A stretch of 64,000 nt of DNA, taken from assembly GCA_021851065.1 (NCBI GenBank), contig JAJZJQ010000005.1, forward strand, positions 44 to 64,043. Direction: 5' to 3'. This DNA comes from Candidatus Micrarchaeota archaeon. Lineage in GTDB: Archaea > Micrarchaeota > Micrarchaeia > Micrarchaeales > CABMGC01. The notes below the pieces were generated by a model. It saw nothing but the letters and a program-made list of their open reading frames with translations, made no database searches and was not told the origin of the DNA. The position numbers and the translations under genes are program-made. The number at the start of each line of letters is the position of its first letter. Position 1 is the stretch's first letter. Of the stretch, positions 27,010-35,423 are shown one piece after another.

Positions 27010-28374
27010 ATGGAGCCAAAGGATATAGTGAGGCTGGGAACCAGGCAGCTAGGTGAAAAGAAGTTCAGGACCGTGCTAACAGTAATAATGGTCGTCATAG
27101 GAGTGGCTTCGATAGTTGCGCTCACTTCCCAGACGGCAGGCGCAGACCAGAACATAAAGAACCAGTTTGAGGCGCTTGGGCCTGATGCGATACTCATAAT
27201 GCCATCCGGCAGTACGCATTTTACAAGCGCGGACATAGCCAATCTCGAAGCCCTTCCTAACGTGAGCACGGCAATACCTGTAGTATCTGGACAGGGCACC
27301 CTTAGCCTGGATGGATACAATCTTTCTGTTGACGTAATAGGAGTGTCGGCAAACGGCCTGCAGACCATCCTTGGGAGTTCCTCGGCAGCCCTGTACAATG
27401 GCACATACTACCCCGACGGATTCTCTCCTGATGCAGTGGTCGGCCACGACATAGCATTTGCGTCATCTTCAGACCCTAATCTGCAGACAGCCATGGTAGG
27501 GGATACTGGAACGCTTGTGGCATCAGGCGGATCAGCAAAGACCGGCAGCGGCGCCTCGAAGTCAAAGATATACATACCGGTGGTAGGCATACTGCAGTCG
27601 CACGGCTCATCGCTGGTATCCATAGACAGCAGCGTCATAGTCTCGCTTCCATTTGCTGAAACGATACTCCACCAGCAGAGTTTCAACGAGATACTGGTAG
27701 AAGCCAACAGCCCGCAGAACGTCAGCTCACTGGCATCCCTTATAGAGGTAGTATACGGGAGCAATGCGCGTGTAATTGATACTCAGCAGCTGGCGAACAC
27801 GTTCACATCCATAGCAAGCAGCACCCAGGGGCTGTACATAATAATAGCAGGCATATCTCTGCTTGTAGCCGCAATAGGAATAATGAACGTGATGCTGATG
27901 GCCGTATCCGAAAGAGTGCATGACATAGGCATACTGAAGTCAATAGGCTTTGAGAGCAGGGATGTGATGCTGATATTCCTGTTCCAGGCAATGATCATAG
28001 GAGTACTTGGTGGCATGATAGGCCTTGCTGCAGGGATGGTAGCATCATATACAATATCATATGCCGGATCTGGGAGCGCAGGGCCCGGCGGGCTTGGCAG
28101 CGGGCCGCATTTCCAGGTAAACACAGGCGCAGGCAGACTGCCTGGCGCAGGGCAGGCAGGAGCGCAAGGCACTGGCAGCGGAGTGGCAATAGGCGCGGGA
28201 GTGCCTGGCGCAAGCAGCCCGTCTTCCCAGTCGTCGAAGGTCATGCCCATCTTCACTCCGTCAGTTATAGCAGACTCTATTGCAGTTGCAATAGCAATAA
28301 GCATAATAGCAGGGATATACCCCGCATGGAAAGCATCGAAAATGGAGCCGATAGACGCCTTAAGGACCCTTTGA
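27010..28374 (+). CDS. ABC transporter permease (MacB/FtsX type)
   Basis: RTVLTVIMVVIGVAS, GIMNVMLMAVSERVHDIGILKSIG, GIYPAWKASKMEPIDALR. Confidence 0.93.
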   Translation: MEPKDIVRLGTRQLGEKKFRTVLTVIMVVIGVASIVALTSQTAGADQNIKNQFEALGPDAILIMPSGSTHFTSADIANLEALPNVSTAIPVVSGQGTLSLDGYNLSVDVIGVSANGLQTILGSSSAALYNGTYYPDGFSPDAVVGHDIAFASSSDPNLQTAMVGDTGTLVASGGSAKTGSGASKSKIYIPVVGILQSHGSSLVSIDSSVIVSLPFAETILHQQSFNEILVEANSPQNVSSLASLIEVVYGSNARVIDTQQLANTFTSIASSTQGLYIIIAGISLLVAAIGIMNVMLMAVSERVHDIGILKSIGFESRDVMLIFLFQAMIIGVLGGMIGLAAGMVASYTISYAGSGSAGPGGLGSGPHFQVNTGAGRLPGAGQAGAQGTGSGVAIGAGVPGASSPSSQSSKVMPIFTPSVIADSIAVAIAISIIAGIYPAWKASKMEPIDALRTL

Positions 28375-28451
28375 CTGCCATTCACCAGGGCTACACCGAA
28401 TCCGATGGCAATGCGTAAATACATTGTATGAGATTCACAGTTGTGGTAGGT

Positions 28452-28643
28452 ATGAGGCATGAAGAGCGCATAGAGATAATGAAGGAAGGACATAAGGCCC
28501 TCTTCGACAGACTGCACAAGCACTCGGTGGAGCTTGAAAGGCTGCCAGAAGGCGTTGACAGGGAAAAGCTTGAGAAGGCATATGACAGGATCGATAACGA
28601 GTACGAGTGGGTCCTGAAGAAGAGGCCTGAACCGAGGGTTTGA
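28452..28643 (+). CDS. Small charged helical hypothetical protein
   Basis: Amphipathic 63-aa ORF with GGTAGG upstream. Confidence 0.5.
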   Translation: MRHEERIEIMKEGHKALFDRLHKHSVELERLPEGVDREKLEKAYDRIDNEYEWVLKKRPEPRV

Positions 28644-29001
28644 GCAGTATGCCAATGGGGCTTTTATTGCAAGCGGCTATCCAGGATGCCGCCATCGCCC
28701 TAGGCAATATTGCGGCGTGAGCAAAGGGCTTTGATTTGGATGGGGACGCTATGGGTTTGCATGTAGCGCCTTGGGGGGGTTTTTCAGGACCAGGGCTTTT
28801 CGTTGCCCCATCTAAGCAGCATTAGGAAGGCCTTTGATTTTGCATTAGTGCTAGGCCAGGGTCATCTTTTGTCTGGATGTGGTTGGTAGGGATCGCCCGT
28901 ATACTCTCGAAGTTGTATGGCATCCCGATTCACAAACGCCAGGATAGCAACAAATAAAAGACTGCATGCACAGATGTATCTTGCTGCTGCTAGTGGTTTT
29001 C

Positions 29002-29967
29002 ATGGAGGTTCTAGATCTACAGTGGACTGAGAAGTACAGACCTGCCAGGCTTGATGAGGTCATTGGGCAGAAGGCCATAGTAGACAGGCTGAAGGCCTTC
29101 GTCAAGGAAAGGAGCTTTCCAAGCATGATATTTTCAGGCCCTGCAGGAGTGGGGAAGACCACCTCGGCCGTAGCCATGGCAAAGGAGCTTTATGGCGAGT
29201 CCCTTAACCAGGCCTTCCTAGAGCTCAATGCAAGCGACAGCAGGGGCATAGATGTCATAAGGGGAAGGGTGAAGGAATTTGCAAAGACCATTCCGCTTTC
29301 AAGCGGACTTGTGAAGATAATATTTCTTGACGAGGCTGACGCACTGACGTCCGAGGCCCAGCATGCCCTTAGAAGGACAATGGAGAAGTACTCATCGACC
29401 ACGAGGTTTGTGCTAAGCGCCAATTACGCAAGCAAGATAATCGAGCCCATACAGAGCAGGTGCGTTGTGCTCAGGTTCAAGCTCCTCAAGGAGGAGGAGA
29501 TGCGCGAATACATAAGCAGGGTGGTCAAGGGCGAAGGGCTTGAGATAGACGACAAGGCCATAGAGGCGCTGATATATGTAAGCGAGGGCGACCTCAGGAA
29601 GATAACAAACACGCTCCAGGGAGCCGCCATATCGAACAAGGCCATAACCGAGAAGACAGTCTACGAGATAGCTTCCAAGGCAAGGCCAAAAGAGGTTGCT
29701 GCAATGCTGAAGTATGCGCTTGGAGGCAACTTCTCAAAGGCAAGAGACGAGCTGAACACGCTGTTCCTATCGTACGGTATGAGCGGCGAGGATATACTAG
29801 TGCAGTGCCACAGGGAGGCTCTAAACATGGAAGTTGACGACAGGCTGAAGCTCAGGCTTATAAGCAACATAGGCGACTACAACTTCAGGATAGTGGAAGG
29901 CGCCAATGAGAGAATCCAGCTGGAGGCCATGCTTGCCAGGCTTGCGCTTCTTGAGAAGGCAAAATAG
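29002..29967 (+). CDS. rfcS: Replication factor C small subunit
   Basis: WTEKYRP, GPAGVGKT, LELNASDSRG, LDEADALT, IIEPIQSRC; no intein. Confidence 0.97.
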   Translation: MEVLDLQWTEKYRPARLDEVIGQKAIVDRLKAFVKERSFPSMIFSGPAGVGKTTSAVAMAKELYGESLNQAFLELNASDSRGIDVIRGRVKEFAKTIPLSSGLVKIIFLDEADALTSEAQHALRRTMEKYSSTTRFVLSANYASKIIEPIQSRCVVLRFKLLKEEEMREYISRVVKGEGLEIDDKAIEALIYVSEGDLRKITNTLQGAAISNKAITEKTVYEIASKARPKEVAAMLKYALGGNFSKARDELNTLFLSYGMSGEDILVQCHREALNMEVDDRLKLRLISNIGDYNFRIVEGANERIQLEAMLARLALLEKAK

Positions 29968-29969
29968 GT

Positions 29970-30536
29970 TCAGAGCTCTTTGTACCTGAAGCATGATGTC
30001 ACGTGGTCGTTGACCATGCCTGTTGCCTGCATATGTGCATAGCATATTGTACTGCCCACGAACCGAAATCCCCTTTTTACAAGGTCCCTGCTAAGAGCAT
30101 CCGACTGAAGGCTGCGAGCCGGTATCTGTTTTATGCTCTTCCACCCGTTTCTTACCGGTTTGCCGCCTACGAACCGCCATATGTAGGAATCGAAGCTGCC
30201 AAACTCATCCTGCACCTGGATGAAGGCCTTTGCATTGGTTACGGCAGACTCTACCTTTAGCTTGTTGCGTATTATGCCTGGATCCCTAAGCAGGCTTTCG
30301 ATCCTGGCTTTGCCATATCTTGCTACTCTCTCAGGATCGAAATTGTCGAATGCCTTACGGTAGTTATCGCGCTTTTTAAGCACTGTGAGCCAGCTTAGCC
30401 CTGCCTGCGCTCCCTCCAGGACGAGGAACTCGAACATGCTGCGATCGTCGTGCACAGCAACCCCCCATTCGCTGTCATGATATTTTATATATATAGGGTC
30501 TGAGACAGACCACTCGCAACGTTTTATGTCGGCCAT
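29970..30536 (-). CDS. tag: DNA-3-methyladenine glycosylase I
   Basis: RCEW, YHDSEWG, LEGAQAGLSW, IIRNKLK, FRFVGSTICY, GMVNDH. Confidence 0.95.
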   Translation of the reverse strand: MADIKRCEWSVSDPIYIKYHDSEWGVAVHDDRSMFEFLVLEGAQAGLSWLTVLKKRDNYRKAFDNFDPERVARYGKARIESLLRDPGIIRNKLKVESAVTNAKAFIQVQDEFGSFDSYIWRFVGGKPVRNGWKSIKQIPARSLQSDALSRDLVKRGFRFVGSTICYAHMQATGMVNDHVTSCFRYKEL

Positions 30537-30591
30537 TTACACCAGCTGTTTTGACTGATTTGTAGCTCACCGCATGATCCGGTTGACATGC

Positions 30592-31365
30592 CTATTTGCT
30601 GCCCAGTTCAGATGCCGTATCCTGGTCCCCATCAAGTGCTTTTGTGAGCATTTCTGCCGCCATTGTCGCCGGGCTTATGAGATTGTCGACCTCAAGATCC
30701 TTAAGGTGCGTTTCTGACTCGGCAGTTGGAGCCACAACCGATATCTTAGCGCCCTTTGCAAGCTTCTTGACCACGAGAACGACGTATACCGTCTTTGAGT
30801 TGTCCCGCAGGTCTATGACTATGTCAGAAGCGCGCTCGAGATGGAATTTTTCCAGCTCTGCCTTTGAGGTATAATCCTCCACGAATGCACTGTAGCCGTT
30901 TTTCCTTAGAGCATCCGCAGTGGGCTTGTCGCCTGTTATCACGATAAAATTGCGCCTCTGCTCCTTGAGCTTGCGGGCCACCATGGAATTGACTGCATCG
31001 TATCCCACAAGCACTATGTGGTTGTTCATCTTCCTCCTGTCAACGGCAGACATCCCGGAATAGAGGCTTGCGACTCTTGCGCTCAAGAATTCACCAGATA
31101 GCAGTGTAAGTGCACTGAGGAATATACTTAGCCCAGATATTATTAAAACTATGACAAAGTCCCTGCCTATCGGTGTCACTGGCGTTATGTCCCCATAGCC
31201 TACAGTTGATATCGTGACTACGGTGAAATACAGGGCCTGGTTCCATGAATTCACCTTGACATTGAAGTTGCCCCCCTGCCCAAGCACGTATGTGCCGATC
31301 ACGCCGTAGATCAGCACTGCGGCTATGGCAAGTATGTAGAACGCAACTCCTCGGTTAAGCGCCAT
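30592..31365 (-). CDS. Potassium channel with RCK/TrkA-N domain
   Basis: TISTVGYGDITP selectivity filter, two TM, NHIVLVGY Rossmann start. Confidence 0.92.
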   Translation of the reverse strand: MALNRGVAFYILAIAAVLIYGVIGTYVLGQGGNFNVKVNSWNQALYFTVVTISTVGYGDITPVTPIGRDFVIVLIISGLSIFLSALTLLSGEFLSARVASLYSGMSAVDRRKMNNHIVLVGYDAVNSMVARKLKEQRRNFIVITGDKPTADALRKNGYSAFVEDYTSKAELEKFHLERASDIVIDLRDNSKTVYVVLVVKKLAKGAKISVVAPTAESETHLKDLEVDNLISPATMAAEMLTKALDGDQDTASELGSK

Positions 31366-31440
31366 CGGATCTAAGAGTACTTGCCTGAGAAATAAGATAT
31401 ACCTTTCCCCCGTACTTGCTGCTGGCATGCGCCGGATGGC

Positions 31441-32679
31441 TTATCTTGTGAGCCATTCGTTCTGCTTCCAGACGGTAAGAAGGCCGTATATCGATGCGGC
31501 GAACATCATCAGCAGCGCCACTATCCCCAGGACAAGGGTTTTCTTCTTCTTGCCCTTGGTTATCCTGATCCCTATTGCGATGCCGAAGACTGCAAGACCC
31601 AGCAGGACAAGCAGCTGCACCCACAAAGACACAAGAAACCTGTCGCTGACGTGCGCGAAGTTTAGTGCGAGCAGGGTGCCGTAGTGGCGTATCTCAAACG
31701 ACAGGTAGTTCCCAATGCCCCTTGAGAAGGCAAGATTGAGCCTTACTAACCCAATGGAGATCAATGCGATCGGGAAGAGGTACATGTACGCCATGTCGAA
31801 GGAGTAGAATAGCCCCCTTTTGAAGTAGCTTCCATCAGCAACCTCCTTAAAAAAGTAGAAATACCCTGCCCTGGACCATCTCACTGTCTGGCGGAACAGG
31901 GTCCTGAAGTTCCTTGGAGGGGCAGTAACTACGGTGACGTTGTAGTCGATTATCGTCTTGTAGCCTGACCTCACAACGTAACCGGTGAGGTGCCTGTCTT
32001 CGGCAAGGAGGCTTTTCTTTCCAAATGCCATGTTCTGGGTGTATTCTTTTGAGAGCATGAACCCCTTTACCAGGTCAGTGCGGTACATGGCACACCTTCC
32101 GTCAAGGACCATCACGCTCCCGTTTATAGACATTGCCCTGAATATCACTTCCTTTAGCTTCTCGAAGAACTCTGAGCAGTATGATACGTTATCTGACCGG
32201 GTTATCCTTGCCGACACGGCAGTGCCCACCCCTCCCACATCTTCTGTAAACTTGGAGAGCATGCTGTACGCCGAGCCTTCTGGCACCTCGGTATCGCTGT
32301 CAACGAACAGCACATACCTGGTGCTTACGTAGTTCATGGCGTTGGATATGGAGCCGCGTTTTCCCCTGCGCACGTCCTGGTAGACGAAACTGCCGCCATT
32401 TGCATGCGTTATTGAACGGTATGGCTCCAGGGACGAATCGCCAACGACAAGTATGTGCGATGCCTGTAGGCGCAGGCTCTCTATGCACTTTCTGAAGGTC
32501 TCTTCGTCCTCGTTGTAGACAGGCACAACAGCAGTAACGTCATCTGTATCGGCATCACCATCAGCATAGGAGTATTTGGGCGACTTGAATGAGCGTAGCG
32601 AGTTTAGCAGATAGTAAACTAGGGATATCAAGGAGAAAAGTATGCTGGCAAGGAATATGTAGCCGTATGTTGTGAGCAT
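31441..32679 (-). CDS. Processive GT2 glycosyltransferase (hyaluronan-synthase/NodC-like)
   Basis: VPVYNED, GKR, FVDSD, AEDRHLT, QTVRWSR (QxxRW); N- and C-terminal TMs. Confidence 0.9.
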   Translation of the reverse strand: MLTTYGYIFLASILFSLISLVYYLLNSLRSFKSPKYSYADGDADTDDVTAVVPVYNEDEETFRKCIESLRLQASHILVVGDSSLEPYRSITHANGGSFVYQDVRRGKRGSISNAMNYVSTRYVLFVDSDTEVPEGSAYSMLSKFTEDVGGVGTAVSARITRSDNVSYCSEFFEKLKEVIFRAMSINGSVMVLDGRCAMYRTDLVKGFMLSKEYTQNMAFGKKSLLAEDRHLTGYVVRSGYKTIIDYNVTVVTAPPRNFRTLFRQTVRWSRAGYFYFFKEVADGSYFKRGLFYSFDMAYMYLFPIALISIGLVRLNLAFSRGIGNYLSFEIRHYGTLLALNFAHVSDRFLVSLWVQLLVLLGLAVFGIAIGIRITKGKKKKTLVLGIVALLMMFAASIYGLLTVWKQNEWLTR

Positions 32680-32960
32680 GGTCTCCGACAGACAATAATG
32701 GTAACGCATGCTTAAAAAGTGATTGTTTGACGAAGTTGCCGTAAAGTGGCCCGTGATGCCAGGCAAATCAATCGCTGGTAATGCCCTCTTCGCAGCCAAG
32801 CTCTGCTCCGCAGTTGTAGCATCGCCTGTGGCATGCAGACATGTCCTGCATGTTTGAACCGCATAAGCACAGCATGGTTTCGCCCAAGGACAGGTACTCT
32901 TGCCTGTAGCAGAGATATGGCAATTGCCTTAAGTTGCAGCCCTCTACGCCTTAGGCAAGT

Positions 32961-33155
32961 ATGGACTCTGCGGGAAACATATCCAAAACCTTCTTCTATT
33001 TCATAACTAGGATTATAGTCGCTCTAAGCTTGATTTCTGGCATAGTTTTCTTAATCGGAGCAATAGAGAACCCTAGCCAATTAACTCTTTGGAATTCTAG
33101 CATCCTCTTCATTCTAGTAGCGTATATCTCCGCTCAAGGGGCTGAAAAGACATGA
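32961..33155 (+). CDS. Small two-TM membrane protein (start codon lies in the att repeat)
   Basis: Two hydrophobic segments in 64 aa. Confidence 0.45.
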   Translation: MDSAGNISKTFFYFITRIIVALSLISGIVFLIGAIENPSQLTLWNSSILFILVAYISAQGAEKT

Positions 33156-33250
33156 ACAATATATTGAAACCCATAGAATGCCATGAAAAGCAGGAACCCT
33201 ATGAACAGAAGAAGAGCTATTCCCACTATTACTGGCGCTTGTGCTTTCAT
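33134..33250 (-). CDS. 38-aa hydrophobic peptide with class III (pilin-like) signal
   Basis: Manual translation MKAQAPVIVGIALLLFIGFLLFMAFYGFQYIVHVFSAP. Confidence 0.5.
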   Translation of the reverse strand: MKAQAPVIVGIALLLFIGFLLFMAFYGFQYIVHVFSAP

Positions 33251-33498
33251 AATATCTGTTCATGGTCTAAGTTCTTAAATCTAAGTCCGACTCTCAGCGA
33301 GTCCATACTATCTGCTTATGCACCCAGCACCCCCGCTCGGCTCAGCTCAAGCTTGATGCTAAGCCTGACAAGCATGGAGCGCCGCAAGCCGAGCCTGAAA
33401 GGGAGGCAGAGGAGATTGAAGGTGTAACTTATGCTGAGTCTTATTTCCATTTCTTTGAAAGTGCATATACGGTTCAACTCTCAGCGAGTCCAGAGGGG

Positions 33499-34305
33499 GT
33501 GCTTATGATGGGCAAAGGTACAGTATTAGAGGCGCAGCAACTAGAGGCTCAATTAGAGAGCTTATTGCCACGCCTGAGCAAAGCAAAGGTAAGGCACCTC
33601 AAGGAGCTTATACTGCACCACTACATAAAGGCTTACAACATAAAGAGCAACCAAATTCCACGCTACGGGACGCTGAATAAGGGCTTTAGGCAGGAAGAGC
33701 TGGACAAGTTCCTTGCTGCTGTTGATAACCCTAAATTCAGGCTATTTTTCAGCTATCAGGCTTATCTGGGGCTTCGCATAGGCGAGGCGGTAAAAATCAG
33801 GCTAGAGGACATAAACCAGGCTACTCGTGAGCTTAAGGTGTTCACGGAGAAGGCTAGAGTCCTCAACACCATGATAATACCGCTACCGTTCTTTAACGAA
33901 ACTCTTGAATACGTCAAGGCTAATGAAGCCCAGATAGGCTCAGCTCAGGGCTACCTCTTTTATGCAAATAAGGAGGCTAGCCATGCCAAGCGTACGGACC
34001 CTTGGCTAGAGCTGAATTATGTGCGCAAAGTCTTCAGGAGCTACATAAGGCTCGCTGGGCTTGATGAAGTGTACGGACAGAGTGAGGAGAGGGACGGAAG
34101 GGGAATAAGGCATCTGCATAGGTTGACGACGCACAGCCTGCGGCACTATGCAATTACTAAGTTCTCCAAGGCTACAAATGGCAACCTAATCCTTACCTCT
34201 CGCTTTGCTCGGCATCTCAAGCCAGAAACGACGTTGAATTACGTCCACAGCGACAAGAGTGAGCTATATTCTTATGCAGAACAAATGGCTGCGCAGTCGA
34301 GATAG
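33499..34305 (+). CDS. Tyrosine recombinase/integrase
   Basis: LGLRIGE (R), EKA (K), HSLRH, ARH..PETTLNY (catalytic Y). Confidence 0.93.
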   Translation: MLMMGKGTVLEAQQLEAQLESLLPRLSKAKVRHLKELILHHYIKAYNIKSNQIPRYGTLNKGFRQEELDKFLAAVDNPKFRLFFSYQAYLGLRIGEAVKIRLEDINQATRELKVFTEKARVLNTMIIPLPFFNETLEYVKANEAQIGSAQGYLFYANKEASHAKRTDPWLELNYVRKVFRSYIRLAGLDEVYGQSEERDGRGIRHLHRLTTHSLRHYAITKFSKATNGNLILTSRFARHLKPETTLNYVHSDKSELYSYAEQMAAQSR

Positions 34306-34434
34306 AATGAAAACAATTTCTACTTTGAAATTTATCTTACTATCCTTTTTCCTAGGGTGCTTTATGCGTTCGCTTATATTTGGGCAACGTGAAGGTATTA
34401 CACTATTTGGTATTGTAATTCTTCTATTTTTAAT

Positions 34435-34947
34435 TTAAGTAGAATTTACGGGTTTACCTGTACTTGCATTTATTAGAGGCCCAAGTCCAGTTATACCTTG
34501 CTGGATTTTGTATTTAGAATCACTGCTTACAATTATACCAATTTGAGATGGAGCAGCTACAGAAAATGTTATAGTACCAACTTCGGTTGGCACTATATCT
34601 TGAGCTACGAAAGAAATAGTAGTCCCACCAGTCCAACCATTAGGTGGTTGAAATTGAATATTTCCACCTGTACTAAAACCAGTTATAGGTACACTACTAT
34701 CTATTTCAATGTTCAGATATGTTGCTGTAGAATTGCCAAAATTTTCTATAGAAATGGAAGGTAGTGAAGAATTTAGATTAAATTCACTGATTACTAGGAA
34801 CGGTGCAGTAGTATTTGGGAAGAAATAATTAGAAATGATGTTGTCAATATGAAGTATAAATGGTTGAAATAGAATTCCTAATATAAAAGTAATTATACCA
34901 AGAATAATTGCATATCTTTGTTTTGTTAGATACTCCCGAATACCCAT
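34435..34947 (-). CDS. Membrane-anchored beta-rich hypothetical protein (element cargo)
   Basis: N-terminal TM, IENFGNSTAT Ig-like strand pattern, very AT-rich. Confidence 0.65.
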   Translation of the reverse strand: MGIREYLTKQRYAIILGIITFILGILFQPFILHIDNIISNYFFPNTTAPFLVISEFNLNSSLPSISIENFGNSTATYLNIEIDSSVPITGFSTGGNIQFQPPNGWTGGTTISFVAQDIVPTEVGTITFSVAAPSQIGIIVSSDSKYKIQQGITGLGPLINASTGKPVNST

Positions 34948-35017
34948 TCTAACCGAACCCCGCAACTGAACCCTAACTCCTTTTAAACCCTCTTCTTCCC
35001 ATACTATCAGATAAGCA

Positions 35018-35089
35018 TGGACTCTGCGGGATTCGGACCCGCAACCTTCCGCCTGCAAAGCGGACGCTCTACCGTTGAGCTAAGAGCCC
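35018..35089 (-). tRNA. tRNA-Ala(TGC)
   Basis: GGGCTCT/AGAGTCC acceptor stem with G3:U70, anticodon arm TCCGC-TTTGCAG-GCGGA, discriminator A. Confidence 0.93.
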
Positions 35090-35215
35090 ATTCGGAGCAA
35101 TATTAACATCAATGTATAATAAATGCTTCCTCGACTGCCAAACCCTAAAAGATACCCAAGGTTTATATAGTTTTCTAAGAAAAGTTGCTTAGCTTGCATA
35201 AGCTGGTAGATATAC

Positions 35216-35323
35216 ATGGCGAAGGAAGATTTCGACGATGAAGATTTCGAAGATGACGAGGATAGCGACGACTTCGACGAGGAGGAATTCGACGACGAGG
35301 ATGAAGGCTCAGACGATGAGTGA
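35216..35323 (+). CDS. 35-aa hyperacidic microprotein
   Basis: MAKEDFDDEDFEDDEDSDDFDEEEFDDEDEGSDDE; TTTATATA box at ~35162; T-tract downstream. Confidence 0.7.
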   Translation: MAKEDFDDEDFEDDEDSDDFDEEEFDDEDEGSDDE

Positions 35324-35334
35324 CCTGGAGTTCG

Positions 35335-35346
35335 TTTTTATTTTTT
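35335..35346 (+). terminator. Archaeal oligo-T terminator candidate
   Basis: TTTTTATTTTTT just after the microprotein stop codon. Confidence 0.5.
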
Positions 35347-35423
35347 AGAGAAGCTGTTTCTGCGCCATTGTTTGAATTACTTGGCTTTGGCGCATTTTAT
35401 TGCTGGCCGTATTGCATTTGCAG

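Larger units (their letters stand above)
32961..35031. mobile_element. Small integrative element at tRNA-Ala
   Basis: 15-bp direct repeat ATGGACTCTGCGGGA at 32961-32975 and 35017-35031 (tRNA 3' end); contains a tyrosine recombinase; AT-rich. Confidence 0.82.

Noticed and set aside
27783-28655. 290-aa minus-strand ORF
   Set aside because: Mostly antisense to the ABC permease
28644-29001. Possible ncRNA in the long intergenic region before rfcS
   Set aside because: No convincing stems or known RNA motif by eye
33152-33427. 91-aa plus-strand ORF
   Set aside because: No motif; it overlaps the more plausible minus-strand MKAQ peptide and the repeat region
34948-35058. N-terminal extension of the 34435-35058 ORF
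   Set aside because: It runs through tRNA-Ala; the start was reassigned to 34947
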